IMG/VR virus record: IMGVR_UViG_3300047462_000030
DNA: 64,000 nt
DNA from: an uncultured virus (IMG/VR IMGVR_UViG_3300047462_000030)
Taxonomy: Duplodnaviria; Heunggongvirae; Uroviricota; Caudoviricetes
Direction: 5' to 3' (one strand)
Shown here in pieces: positions 32,304-41,627 of this stretch (position 1 is the stretch's first letter; the number at the start of each line of letters is the position of its first letter). The notes under the pieces were generated by a model. It worked only from the letters and a program-made list of their open reading frames with translations. It was not told the DNA's origin and searched no databases. A program made the position numbers and the translations under genes.

Positions 32304-32593
32304 TGTATATTCCAATCATCTCCAGTTGGAGTTTCTTTAGAAGCGGCTGCATCACCATTGGCTACGTCTGTATTAGCTTGCTGCTCTGCTTGATCGGCTT
32401 GAGTGGCCAACGCAGCATCTGCTTTGTTGGCACTCTCTAAACCTTTTTTAGAAGATCCAATAATTAAATTAATCAGAATACTTCTATATTTAATAACACC
32501 TAAAATAATGGTAGTTAATGGAACAACTGAGTAAAAGAAAAACTTGTTAGATTGATATAATTGCTCTAACCAAGCTTTAATTTTAGCGTCCAT
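32300..32593 (-). CDS. Membrane protein with TM helix and helical tail (i-spanin-like?)
   Basis: FFFYSVVPLTTIILGVI followed by an A/Q-rich helix. Confidence 0.4.
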   Translation of the reverse strand: MDAKIKAWLEQLYQSNKFFFYSVVPLTTIILGVIKYRSILINLIIGSSKKGLESANKADAALATQADQAEQQANTDVANGDAAASKETPTGDDWNIQ

Positions 32594-33470
32594 TTACCAC
32601 AACTCCAACATCTTGACCATACAACATATTGTAAGCTTCAGTGGAAATCCAATAGAGTCTGCCATTGGCTTGACCAATAAAAGGAAGCTTTGTATTTACA
32701 TACTTCATAACACCTGGATTAACAAAAAGTTTTTCAGCGGCATTGCCACGAACAAACACAATATTGTCTGCATAATGGGTTGCAATAGCATTCTTAGCTG
32801 ATAACCACATTTCAACACCAGAATGAGATTTGTACTCTGCATATGACATGCCAGCACGAGTGGCTGCATTAAGTTCAAGATCTCCAATATATTCTTTTAA
32901 AGAACCAAGACGAGAATACATTTTATCAACTTCACCTTCAACACCACCAGTGGCTGGGTGAAACATAATAAAAGATCTATCAATCATAAGACGTTGAGTA
33001 CCATACGAATGGATCATTGCTGCCATTGATGCACATATCTCAACACACACTGTATTGACTGGACCCCTAGCGGCTTGCATTGCCGAGATAATCGCTGCAC
33101 CATCGAGCACAGAGCCACCAGGAGAGTTAATAAGGATAGTAATAGGACTAGGGTCCTTACCAAGTTCCAAAATTTGTTTAGCAGCGACAGGAGCACTATT
33201 TTCATCAATTACACCATAGATGTATACTTCGCGGTTGTTACTAAGATCTAATTCTTTAAGAGTTTTCTTTGCTGAACCTGATTTATCATATACAGGAGCA
33301 AGTGTTGCATTGGTAGTAACACTACTAGTTCCAAGACTACCTGTTGCAGTTGTAGCGGTAATATTGCCTCCATTGCCAGTATCATAGGTTTTAGTATTTC
33401 CTTTTGGAAAACCTACAGTTGTAGCGATTGCGAGAATAATTACTCCGCCAGCGAATAAAAGTTTAATCAT
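32583..33470 (-). CDS. clpP: ClpP-family (S14) serine protease with N-terminal signal/TM segment
   Basis: YIYGVID, ILINSPGGSV, CASMAA (catalytic Ser), FIMFHP (catalytic His), MWLSAKNAI; N-terminus MIKLLFAGGVIILAIATTVGF. Confidence 0.85.
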   Translation of the reverse strand: MIKLLFAGGVIILAIATTVGFPKGNTKTYDTGNGGNITATTATGSLGTSSVTTNATLAPVYDKSGSAKKTLKELDLSNNREVYIYGVIDENSAPVAAKQILELGKDPSPITILINSPGGSVLDGAAIISAMQAARGPVNTVCVEICASMAAMIHSYGTQRLMIDRSFIMFHPATGGVEGEVDKMYSRLGSLKEYIGDLELNAATRAGMSYAEYKSHSGVEMWLSAKNAIATHYADNIVFVRGNAAEKLFVNPGVMKYVNTKLPFIGQANGRLYWISTEAYNMLYGQDVGVVVNGR

Positions 33471-33705
33471 TAGACGTTGCTCCTTTTGCAAGATTGTCGA
33501 CATGTTGTTTAAGACTATATACACCACCTAATGCCGTTATGGCAGAGGCGAAATCCATTCCAGTAAATATTGCCAATTTAAACTGACCTATTGCTATTCC
33601 ACTAAAAATAAGCTTAAGTAGACATACAATAAACCCAACAACAAATGCAGTAAGTGTTACAGATTTATCTTTTGTTTTTGGATCAGTCATCCACATATAA
33701 AACAT
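33463..33705 (-). CDS. Two-TM membrane protein (holin-like)
   Basis: SVTLTAFVVGFIVCLLKLIFSGI and FASAITALGGVYSL hydrophobic helices; start uncertain. Confidence 0.5.
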   Translation of the reverse strand: MFYMWMTDPKTKDKSVTLTAFVVGFIVCLLKLIFSGIAIGQFKLAIFTGMDFASAITALGGVYSLKQHVDNLAKGATSND

Positions 33706-33728
33706 CCTACCACAAATTTGAATGGAAG

Positions 33729-34253
33729 TCAAGCTTTTTCTTTTAAAGTCAAGCCTTTTTTCTTATATTCTTCAAGAACTTCAGGATCTAGGCCACTTTT
33801 TGTATCTTTAAGACGAGGATCATTAAGATCTAAAATATAATCCTTTATTACGGATGTAGGCTTTACATCATTAAGCCAATGTTGAAAAGATAGGAATGAC
33901 GCACCTTTACGAATCTCTGCCCCATGAACATGATCATGAGGGATATTGACTAAATATCTATCAAATAGAGTTCCTTGTATGCTGTCACCAGATGGATATG
34001 GTATCTTATTAGATTCTAATGTGAATTCACCAGACATAGGTAGTTCATAGCTATCTACGTTAGGATGAATATGAAACTCAATCTTTTCTACTTTAAATGG
34101 CACCATAAAGAGTTCTGTTTGAAATTGACCATCACGATGTAATACAACTCCAATAGTGGAGCTATACATGTGCATACCATCTGCTGGTCCATTAAGGAAC
34201 ATAAACGGCATAGTCATTACAAACTCATAATATTCTTTAAGGTTTGTATACAT
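33729..34253 (-). CDS. Cupin-like protein
   Basis: H-x-H...E motif (FHIHPNVDSYE) and second motif IPHDHVHGA. Confidence 0.5.
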   Translation of the reverse strand: MYTNLKEYYEFVMTMPFMFLNGPADGMHMYSSTIGVVLHRDGQFQTELFMVPFKVEKIEFHIHPNVDSYELPMSGEFTLESNKIPYPSGDSIQGTLFDRYLVNIPHDHVHGAEIRKGASFLSFQHWLNDVKPTSVIKDYILDLNDPRLKDTKSGLDPEVLEEYKKKGLTLKEKA

Positions 34254-34262
34254 TATTCTTTT

Positions 34263-34697
34263 TCATTTTTTCTTTTTAGCCTCTGCTTTACGTTCTGCAT
34301 TATAAGCAGCACGCATTTCATCTTCTATCTGAGTCTTGGCATCATGACAATTAAGACAGATTACTTGAAAGCCTTCCTGGCCAACAAATAACCTTTTTAT
34401 AAAGATATTCCAATCAGGGCTGCCATCTTCTTGGTGCCAAGAGGATTCTATAGGTACAACTGGTTCTATGTGATCTAGATTGACTTCTTGACGTTTGAAA
34501 CTATCAACTTTGCATATAGCACATTGATATAGGCCTCTAGACTTCCTAGCAGCCACCAAGGCTTCATTTCTACCAGGCCAGCGATAGCTAGCCCGTCTTA
34601 GAGTATTTTTAATGAAATTAACGAATTTAGACTGTTCTTTTTTCTTTTCTTTATCTGTTAGGTCAGACATTATAGCACTTTCACGCGGAACTTGCAT
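34263..34697 (-). CDS. HNH endonuclease
   Basis: YQCAIC..VNLDHIEPVVP..FQVICLNCHDAKT. Confidence 0.85.
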   Translation of the reverse strand: MQVPRESAIMSDLTDKEKKKEQSKFVNFIKNTLRRASYRWPGRNEALVAARKSRGLYQCAICKVDSFKRQEVNLDHIEPVVPIESSWHQEDGSPDWNIFIKRLFVGQEGFQVICLNCHDAKTQIEDEMRAAYNAERKAEAKKKK

Positions 34698-34942
34698 TTA
34701 TCACATACAAGAAACGCTCTGTTGTTAAACTCAAATGTTGTAAAATTGCCTTCATTACATTTAGGACAATCTTTACGTTCAGTAATTTCTTCTATAAGAT
34801 CTTCCGATTCTTCTTGTGTTAAATACAAACTATCTTTTTCTAATTCTCTTATTCTACGTTTGAGACGTTTAATTTCAGCTTTTTGCTGACGGATAATACC
34901 TTTAAAGAACTCAGCTTCCCTGCCCTCGCGTTGCTTCGCCAT
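34670..34942 (-). CDS. Coiled-coil plus Zn-ribbon protein
   Basis: CPKC..CDKC. Confidence 0.6.
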   Translation of the reverse strand: MAKQREGREAEFFKGIIRQQKAEIKRLKRRIRELEKDSLYLTQEESEDLIEEITERKDCPKCNEGNFTTFEFNNRAFLVCDKCKFRVKVL

Positions 34943-35249
34943 CTGATGTTACACCTAATTCTTTGTCTATTAATAGTTTTTCATCTGCATTTGCTCTAGC
35001 TTTAATAGCTTTAAGCTCCTGATCTAAATATGAATAATCTATAGCTTTTCTAGATCTAGAGGATAATGCGACTTGTAATTCTTGTTTAAAAAAGGTTTTA
35101 GCTTCTTCTAGCTTTTCTTTAAACGATAGTTTTTCGCCATATACTCTATAAGCTTTTCTAATAGCTCTGTAATATTCTTTTGGAATAAACCAAAGTATTA
35201 AAAGAGGGTAAAATATAAAAGCGGTTAAAAATCTTTTAAGTGGATTCAT
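34911..35249 (-). CDS. Hypothetical membrane protein
   Basis: N-terminal hydrophobic segment. Confidence 0.5.
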   Translation of the reverse strand: MNPLKRFLTAFIFYPLLILWFIPKEYYRAIRKAYRVYGEKLSFKEKLEEAKTFFKQELQVALSSRSRKAIDYSYLDQELKAIKARANADEKLLIDKELGVTSDGEATRGQGS

Positions 35250-35381
35250 TAGTCCTCATAACCTAAGAAATGTCTCCATCCCTCAGTTCCAAAAAAATCT
35301 TCATAATCTAATTCATCAAGCTTTTCAATAAGCTCTAGAAGAAGCTTTTTACAATCTTTATCTGAAATCTTTTTAAGTAAT

Positions 35382-35768
35382 TTAAGATTCATTTTGTGCT
35401 CGTTTCTCGGCTTCCTTATTTTTCACTATAGCACGTTCTTCAGAAAAAGTCAAGCTATTTCCGTATCTAACTGATAATTTTTTATAATTCTTTTCCATTA
35501 CTTCTTCCAATGAGAAGCCCAAAGCATTGCAAGCAACGCCCATATACCATAGTAGATCGCCAATTTCATCAATAAAATCTGACGTTTGGATCTCTTTGCC
35601 ATACATAATTTTCTTTTTAAACAAATCTTGTACTTCACCAGCTTCTGTACCAATGCCTATTACAGCATGCATCAAACGAAGATTAGTGTCTGTTAGTCTT
35701 TCTCTTAGCTTTTCGAATTGTTTGTTTTCCAATTGATCTACGCTTTTTAGAAACTCTTTTGGGTTCAT
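35382..35768 (-). CDS. MazG-like nucleotide pyrophosphohydrolase
   Basis: HAVIGIGTEAGEVQDLFKK..DEIGDLLWY..NYKKLSVRY. Confidence 0.85.
   Translation of the reverse strand: MNPKEFLKSVDQLENKQFEKLRERLTDTNLRLMHAVIGIGTEAGEVQDLFKKKIMYGKEIQTSDFIDEIGDLLWYMGVACNALGFSLEEVMEKNYKKLSVRYGNSLTFSEERAIVKNKEAEKRAQNES
35425..35453 (-). promoter_or_regulatory. Sigma70-type promoter
   Basis: TTGACT-N17-TATAGT with extended -10 TG, inside the 3' end of the MazG-like gene. Confidence 0.55.
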
Positions 35769-36087
35769 TCTTATAGCCTTTCCATAAATCATCTTCACCA
35801 GAGTTATTTATTTCATACTCAAGTAATGCCATAATATTCCATGCAACATGAGCTAAATGAGACAAATGACTTTCTTTGTCAACTCTATTACCTCTATTAT
35901 AATCTAATAGATGTCTTTCTGCTGCGTCCATTAAACGGGACCATTTCATTCCACCACGCCAATTATGATCTGAATATTTGGCAGCGCCCATTGTAGCAAC
36001 TTTAGCGATTTCTAATATAGCATCAGAACTAAGAAGGGAAACCCTTGGCTTCCCCGAATCATATTTTTTACCTTTTAATTTTGCCAT
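35683..36087 (-). CDS. dATP/dGTP diphosphohydrolase (DUF5664-type)
   Basis: KYDSGKPRVSLL..GAAKYSDHNWRGG..AAERHL..DKESHLSHLAHVAWN. Confidence 0.85.
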   Translation of the reverse strand: MAKLKGKKYDSGKPRVSLLSSDAILEIAKVATMGAAKYSDHNWRGGMKWSRLMDAAERHLLDYNRGNRVDKESHLSHLAHVAWNIMALLEYEINNSGEDDLWKGYKNEPKRVSKKRRSIGKQTIRKAKRKTNRH

Positions 36088-36198
36088 TTTTACCTCATAA
36101 AAAAACAGTGTGGAGTAGGACGTCATCCCACCATAGCAACTGGCTGATAAACCAAGATCCGTTTGCTACCCTGCGACAGGCCACACTGAATCGGACGT

Positions 36199-36423
36199 TT
36201 AGGCGCTTGCGGATTGTTGAGTTTCACCGGATGCTGATGCATCTCCGCCAGTAGCACCAGATCCACTATCAGATACAGCAACTTCAGCCGTACCAGAACC
36301 AGGCAACTCTCGTGAGGTTTGTTGGATACCAGTAACAATGTCAAAAACTTCAGCGTATGGCTTAGATGCGAGATACGTTAAAATCTTTTGAAGCACTTCA
36401 CCTTTGACTACATATTCTTTCAT
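36199..36423 (-). CDS. Hypothetical protein
   Basis: 74 aa, GGAG RBS, downstream of a sigma70 promoter. Confidence 0.65.
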   Translation of the reverse strand: MKEYVVKGEVLQKILTYLASKPYAEVFDIVTGIQQTSRELPGSGTAEVAVSDSGSGATGGDASASGETQQSASA

Positions 36424-36452
36424 TTAACTCTCCTGTATGAATTGATAAATAC

Positions 36453-36481
36453 ACTATATCAAAAATTGACACAAATGTCAA
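36453..36481 (-). promoter_or_regulatory. Sigma70-type promoter overlapped by a palindrome
   Basis: TTGACA-N17-TATAGT; TTGACA-CAAA-TGTCAA inverted repeat at 36466-36481. Confidence 0.75.
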
Positions 36482-36488
36482 GTTATTT

Positions 36489-37475
36489 TTAACGTGTTGT
36501 GTTTCTTTTTAACGAAGCTCGTTTTTCTTTCGTCAAAAGATTCACAGATCCTCTACGTTCGTTACCACACTTACCACATACAAACTTCTGATACTTAGCT
36601 GTATTGGTGAAGAAGAAACCTTTACGAATATAAACCTTATTACCACAAGAACAAACGTTCTCGGTATTGTTATGATATACATTCAAATCAATTGTATTAA
36701 CCCATGGAGCTAATACATGATAAAGCTCTTCTAATGATAACACATCATATTTATTATAGATTTCCATTTCCTTCCAAGCTTCTTGATTGTTTTTTAAACA
36801 CTCAGTCCACATAGAATGACCTGCAAACTTCTTATGAGAAAGCTTTTTATACTTTGTACAAAGCTTATCGGTCATATACTCAAGCTTATTAGAAGTAAAT
36901 CCAAAATGCTTCTTAGCAATCAGAAATGTATCAATATGCTTATAGCTTGAAGGAGGATTCATTCCATTTAGAATAAATCTAGCATTGAGCTTCTTAGAAT
37001 CAAACTTAACGCCATTCTGAGTTATAACAACATCGGCTTCATCTAAAAGCTTCCAAATACCTTCTAAAAGTTTCTTGTCATCTTGAATGTTTTTTGCATT
37101 ACGTTGATCCATATACATAGTTTCTTCAGCGGGCGCATCTAACCATTTAGCACTCCAACTAAGAACGTGCCAGTCAGATACAATCTGATTAAGCCCAATA
37201 TTCTGATCCCAAAGATCCCAAACATGCCCAATAATTGGAGCCGTCTCAATATCAAATACAAGAACCTTAGCGACAGTATCATCATGTCCATAAAGTTCTG
37301 GTAATTGCTTGAGAGCCATCTTCTTTAAATTCTCAAAGCTATCAAAATGTTTATAAAGCTGACGCTCACTAGCTACATACTTTACTGCTTCTTTTACAGT
37401 GGGAAGTTTATTTAACTTCTTTGCAAGTTCTACATAATCTGCAAGAATCTTGCCACTTGCCTTAGTCGCTCTCAT
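36489..37475 (-). CDS. DnaQ/RNase H-like 3'-5' exonuclease with C-terminal Zn finger
   Basis: FDIET, QNGVKFD, HIDT, YNKYDV (DEDDy); CSC..CGKC. Confidence 0.85.
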   Translation of the reverse strand: MRATKASGKILADYVELAKKLNKLPTVKEAVKYVASERQLYKHFDSFENLKKMALKQLPELYGHDDTVAKVLVFDIETAPIIGHVWDLWDQNIGLNQIVSDWHVLSWSAKWLDAPAEETMYMDQRNAKNIQDDKKLLEGIWKLLDEADVVITQNGVKFDSKKLNARFILNGMNPPSSYKHIDTFLIAKKHFGFTSNKLEYMTDKLCTKYKKLSHKKFAGHSMWTECLKNNQEAWKEMEIYNKYDVLSLEELYHVLAPWVNTIDLNVYHNNTENVCSCGNKVYIRKGFFFTNTAKYQKFVCGKCGNERRGSVNLLTKEKRASLKRNTTR

Positions 37476-37890
37476 TTGTTCTCCTAATACGGTTAATACC
37501 GACACTATGATCTTGTATATCTAATTCTTTTAATATTTTAGCAAAATGTTTCATAATCTTAGCCTGTATATAAAAATGTCTAGGTGTATGTTCCCATTCA
37601 AGAACATGGGCTAACTCATGAGATAAATCCAATAGAATCTTCTCAATAGTTTCATATCTATGACGAGTATTATTATTTACAAGGCATTGTGTTTTTAATG
37701 TAATAACATATAGACCAGATCTTAGATACTTAGTGATACCAGCTTCTTTACGCTCTGTAAGCCCAGTGGCAACCCTGTATCCTCGTATTCTAGACACTTT
37801 TGACATAGGAACGATCCGACTTAAACCCTGTAAAAAGGGTTTCAAGAACAGAACATTCTTATTCAGCTTTGTTCTCTTCCTGGTTTTCAT
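37462..37890 (-). CDS. HExxH zinc metallopeptidase-like protein
   Basis: LSHELAHVLEWEHTPRHF (WLM/SprT-like). Confidence 0.6.
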   Translation of the reverse strand: MKTRKRTKLNKNVLFLKPFLQGLSRIVPMSKVSRIRGYRVATGLTERKEAGITKYLRSGLYVITLKTQCLVNNNTRHRYETIEKILLDLSHELAHVLEWEHTPRHFYIQAKIMKHFAKILKELDIQDHSVGINRIRRTNESD

Positions 37891-38104
37891 TTAGCTTATT
37901 CCTATGATTGTTAAGGTGGATCTCTAGTATTGTCTTAGAGTCTTTAATCTGGGATGCTAAATCTTTGACGGGTGCGTAATAACTATACAATTCTAAAAAT
38001 TGTGAAGTAAAATCTAGTATTTGGATAATAGCAGTTAATTCTCCAACAATAACTTTGGACTTTAACTGATCTTTGTATTCTTTTAAATCAATTGCCTGTT
38101 GCAT
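37859..38104 (-). CDS. Hypothetical protein
   Basis: 81 aa, in operon. Confidence 0.55.
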   Translation of the reverse strand: MQQAIDLKEYKDQLKSKVIVGELTAIIQILDFTSQFLELYSYYAPVKDLASQIKDSKTILEIHLNNHRNKLNENQEENKAE

Positions 38105-38630
38105 TAGATCCTACTCTAGTTGTTATTATTTGGATTTTTCTAGTATTATTATATAGTTTCTCTACATATGGTTTAATAACAATACCCAATTCTGCAAGAG
38201 TTAAACACTTATTGGCTACAATTCCACTATAAGGGCCACTGTAAAGCTCTGGTAGCCTCTCTAGGCCCATTTGAGCACACATTACAGGCATTAAGGGCTC
38301 CGGATTAATAGGCTGTCCCTCATACTCTGTACGGAAGTAATCTAAGTATTTCATTGTATCTGTATTACGAATATCTGATACGTAAATAGTGCCTTGATCA
38401 TCCCAAGCTCTAACACCTTGTATTGAATAACCTTTTGGAATTTTTGTTTTTAATAATTTCTCATCTCCATAAAAGTTATCACATACAAATTCATATGATG
38501 GTAACATACCAAAAATGTTTAGAACTTTATCCCATTTAGTGAGAATTCTATATGGATACCAACCAGCAACAAATTTGTCACCTTCAACAAGCTCTGATAT
38601 ATAAACTACTTCATATTCTTGAAACATCAA
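38088..38630 (-). CDS. Hypothetical protein with RNA-ligase-like C-terminal motifs
   Basis: GLERLPELYSGPY and GIVIKP recall Rnl2-type ligases; KxxG motif I not evident. Confidence 0.35.
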   Translation of the reverse strand: MMFQEYEVVYISELVEGDKFVAGWYPYRILTKWDKVLNIFGMLPSYEFVCDNFYGDEKLLKTKIPKGYSIQGVRAWDDQGTIYVSDIRNTDTMKYLDYFRTEYEGQPINPEPLMPVMCAQMGLERLPELYSGPYSGIVANKCLTLAELGIVIKPYVEKLYNNTRKIQIITTRVGSNATGN

Positions 38631-40762
38631 ACATTCTCCAATAGTGGTTTATTCTTCTTAAGCTTATAATTTGGAAACAATTCATTAACTGGTAATACTG
38701 TTTCAAATACTTTACTAGTCTGAAAAAGTTTATGCAACAATCTATCCTTATCGTACTTACCGTCAAAATGTTCTACAAGAGCCAATGTACCATCTTCTCT
38801 AAAAAAGAAATATGCACGATCACCTTCAGTATACTCTGTTCCTTGGATTGCGTCAAGTACTTTCTTCTCATTTGCTCTAGGAGAGCTATAAATCTTACTT
38901 GTTAGTGTTTTTCTTGAAACCCAACGTTTAATATCTTTAATTTGCTTAATCTCAGATACATACTTATTATAAATCTCTGTATAATGGTTTGTGTCGTTAA
39001 GTATTGAATCTATTATAGAATTAATAAATTCTTTCAATGCAGGCTCTTTTGTGGAAGCTTTAATTGCTGAACCCTTATACTTAAGCTTTTTACCATCCCA
39101 CAGAATATAATTCTTAGCCTTAACCACTATAACTTTTTTATAGAATCCGTCATGCTCGAATCTAATCCTTTGCGGGAATAGGGAGTTAAGGTCTGCAAGA
39201 AAAAATGACTGTGCATCTTCAGAGATAATAGACTGATCTGCCTTACAAAATGAAATAGAATCTGTGTCGGCATTGACAATCCGAAGGTCTTGATTGGTTG
39301 CCCAAGTAATTGCCTTGTTAAGAATTTCTCGCCCTTTTTCCGTAATAAATGCCGCATTACTCGGCGAGTTAAAAAGTAGACCTGTAGCGCCAAGGAATCC
39401 ATAACATGAGTTAATAAATATCTTGTAGGCTGATTGGAGGTCGTCGTAATACTTGTCTGTCTTAGCCATTTTTTTATATTTAAGCCGCTCTTCAGTAAAG
39501 GTATATACGAGTTCTTTAAAATTAGCTTTTGGATCTTTGGCCGCATCATATACTCCATAATTAATCATAATTGACGGATATAGAGATGCAACGTCAACCT
39601 TAAACACATTACTATAAATACCCGGATTACCTATTGAAATTGCACCTTCAAAGTCAATAGTATCACTAGCTTTAGGAAGTGAGTGGCCTTCTTGTAAATA
39701 CGACCGAATCATTATAGAGTTAATCTTTGAACCAGATGCAGAATAACAAACTGACTGAAAGGATTTAGGAATATTCTGACATGTATAAAAGAAGCTAGGA
39801 GCCATTAGATCAAATAAAGCTAATGCATCATCGCTATCATCTATACAATAAGCTTTAATCTTTTCCCACTCGACAGGATTTGTATAATTAGCTCGAATCT
39901 TAGATGCATCATAAAACACTCGATCTTTCTTTTCAAGACCTTCAGTCTTAATGATTGCTTTTAAACCATAGCTTTCATACTTCTTAGCCGCAATATCATG
40001 ATCTATTGCTAAGAACAATGTGTCTACAATTTCTCGTCCGTAAATGTGGCATCGCTTGTATCCAATTGATTGTGTTTGATCTTTTCGTTTATTAGACTCG
40101 AAACTGTCAAATCGAATTTCCGATCCATCTCTACCAAGTTTTAAAGAAGTTCCTGCTCGTTTTGCATTAAAACTTAAGTAAGGTAAATCATAACTAAAGC
40201 CGTTATGAAATACAAAAATATCTGGATCTATTTCACGAACCCAATTACACCAAGAATCAAAAAAATCTATATCATTTTTATAATCATTATATGAGAATAG
40301 TTTTTTAATTATTTCTCCATTACAAGTTCTATATGTATTAGATATTAAAAGAACTTTTGCAGTATCATTTAATTCTAATCCGGTAGTTTCTATATCAAAA
40401 GATAGAATCGAGATATCTTTTAATTTCATTCCTTTGAAGTATGTTATTCCTTTATTAACAAGAGCAGATTCTTTTGCATCATAAATACTAAAGATATCTT
40501 GTGATCTATAAATATTTTTATACTTAAAATAATCCAATCTAGCTTCAAATTGTCTACCCCATTTATAATGAAGTTCACCTTCTAATCTAATAAAATTCTT
40601 ATCTAATTGTTCTGAAGCTAAAATCCAATACTTATTAGAAATTTCTTCTGTTTGTAAAACACCATTAATTCTTTTAAAGATTTTTAATATTCCATCATGG
40701 GATTCTACTGAAATAACTCCTTCTGTATTATTTTTTCCAAAAAGTAATTTATTGTATGTCAT
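38627..40762 (-). CDS. DNA polymerase, family B
   Basis: Exo FDIET, HNGFSYD, YCIDD; polymerase DVASLYPS, KIFINSCYGFLG, NADTDS, KAKNY. Confidence 0.95.
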   Translation of the reverse strand: MTYNKLLFGKNNTEGVISVESHDGILKIFKRINGVLQTEEISNKYWILASEQLDKNFIRLEGELHYKWGRQFEARLDYFKYKNIYRSQDIFSIYDAKESALVNKGITYFKGMKLKDISILSFDIETTGLELNDTAKVLLISNTYRTCNGEIIKKLFSYNDYKNDIDFFDSWCNWVREIDPDIFVFHNGFSYDLPYLSFNAKRAGTSLKLGRDGSEIRFDSFESNKRKDQTQSIGYKRCHIYGREIVDTLFLAIDHDIAAKKYESYGLKAIIKTEGLEKKDRVFYDASKIRANYTNPVEWEKIKAYCIDDSDDALALFDLMAPSFFYTCQNIPKSFQSVCYSASGSKINSIMIRSYLQEGHSLPKASDTIDFEGAISIGNPGIYSNVFKVDVASLYPSIMINYGVYDAAKDPKANFKELVYTFTEERLKYKKMAKTDKYYDDLQSAYKIFINSCYGFLGATGLLFNSPSNAAFITEKGREILNKAITWATNQDLRIVNADTDSISFCKADQSIISEDAQSFFLADLNSLFPQRIRFEHDGFYKKVIVVKAKNYILWDGKKLKYKGSAIKASTKEPALKEFINSIIDSILNDTNHYTEIYNKYVSEIKQIKDIKRWVSRKTLTSKIYSSPRANEKKVLDAIQGTEYTEGDRAYFFFREDGTLALVEHFDGKYDKDRLLHKLFQTSKVFETVLPVNELFPNYKLKKNKPLLENV

Positions 40763-40908
40763 CTGGGTTTCCCATGGTTTCGGTGCTATCTCCAGACAAA
40801 AACTGGATAATCTGCTCCAAACGATTAATCTCCCCAATCAATTCATTCAACTTAATGAGGACTAATTTTTCACCTTCTATCCTATTAAGACTAGCAATAA
40901 CTTGTAAA

Positions 40909-41322
40909 TCAAGTGGTTGTGTCATAACCCTCCGCATCTAAAGCTGCTAAACACACAGCTTCTGGGATTGTGTTTCCAGTTGAAACAGACATACCAGGTC
41001 TATCTCTACGCGATGTTGGAAATTGACAAGTGTATTGACCATCTTTTGATTCTATTCTAAAATGTTTATAGTGTTCTATTACTTTTAATGTGTGCTCCAT
41101 ATCTTTACTATAAGCACCAACAATCGCCTGATAGAACAATCTACCCTGACCAACCTCATGAGGTGGGAATACAGCATTAGGAGGCATAAGAGCTATTGCA
41201 TCTTGTCCTTCAAACTTTAAAGCATCTTCTCCAACAATATGAATATGTCTAGGTACAACTTGCCATTGCCACCCTAATACATGTTCAGCAACAAGAAGAT
41301 CTAATTCATTACCAGCTTTCAA
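40909..41322 (-). CDS. Phage ABA-sandwich (BC1872-like) protein
   Basis: AGNELDLLVAEHVLGW..YSKDMEH..TIPEAVCLAAL. Confidence 0.65.
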   Translation of the reverse strand: MKAGNELDLLVAEHVLGWQWQVVPRHIHIVGEDALKFEGQDAIALMPPNAVFPPHEVGQGRLFYQAIVGAYSKDMEHTLKVIEHYKHFRIESKDGQYTCQFPTSRRDRPGMSVSTGNTIPEAVCLAALDAEGYDTTT

Positions 41323-41627
41323 TTTTCTTCTCCCTTATTGGCCTGTGGGAGACTATCTAAAATTACATCATACTCATTACGTTCAACAAGTATCTCAATA
41401 TATAATACTGTATCACGTCTAATGCACATGCTAACCTCAGTGGGGTTCTTACCTAAGTACATATAATCATCATCTAGATCTAATATAAATCCTTGAATAG
41501 AAGCTGGGGCTTGATTTGTAATTCTACTGTCCGCAGTTTCTTCCATATAATTTTGATAGAATCCAGCAACGATCTCAACCTTCTCGCCAATGAACGAATG
41601 ATGAAAAGTATCAGATAGTAAACTCAT
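41319..41627 (-). CDS. Hypothetical protein, possible LSm/Sm-like fold
   Basis: IGEKVEIV..IQGFILDLDDDYMYL..CIRRDTVLYIE. Confidence 0.4.
   Translation of the reverse strand: MSLLSDTFHHSFIGEKVEIVAGFYQNYMEETADSRITNQAPASIQGFILDLDDDYMYLGKNPTEVSMCIRRDTVLYIEILVERNEYDVILDSLPQANKGEEN

Noticed and set aside
33704..33732. Sigma70 promoter TTGACT-N17-TAGGAT
   Set aside because: Plausible, but its -10 overlaps the candidate start codon of the holin-like gene and both boxes deviate from consensus
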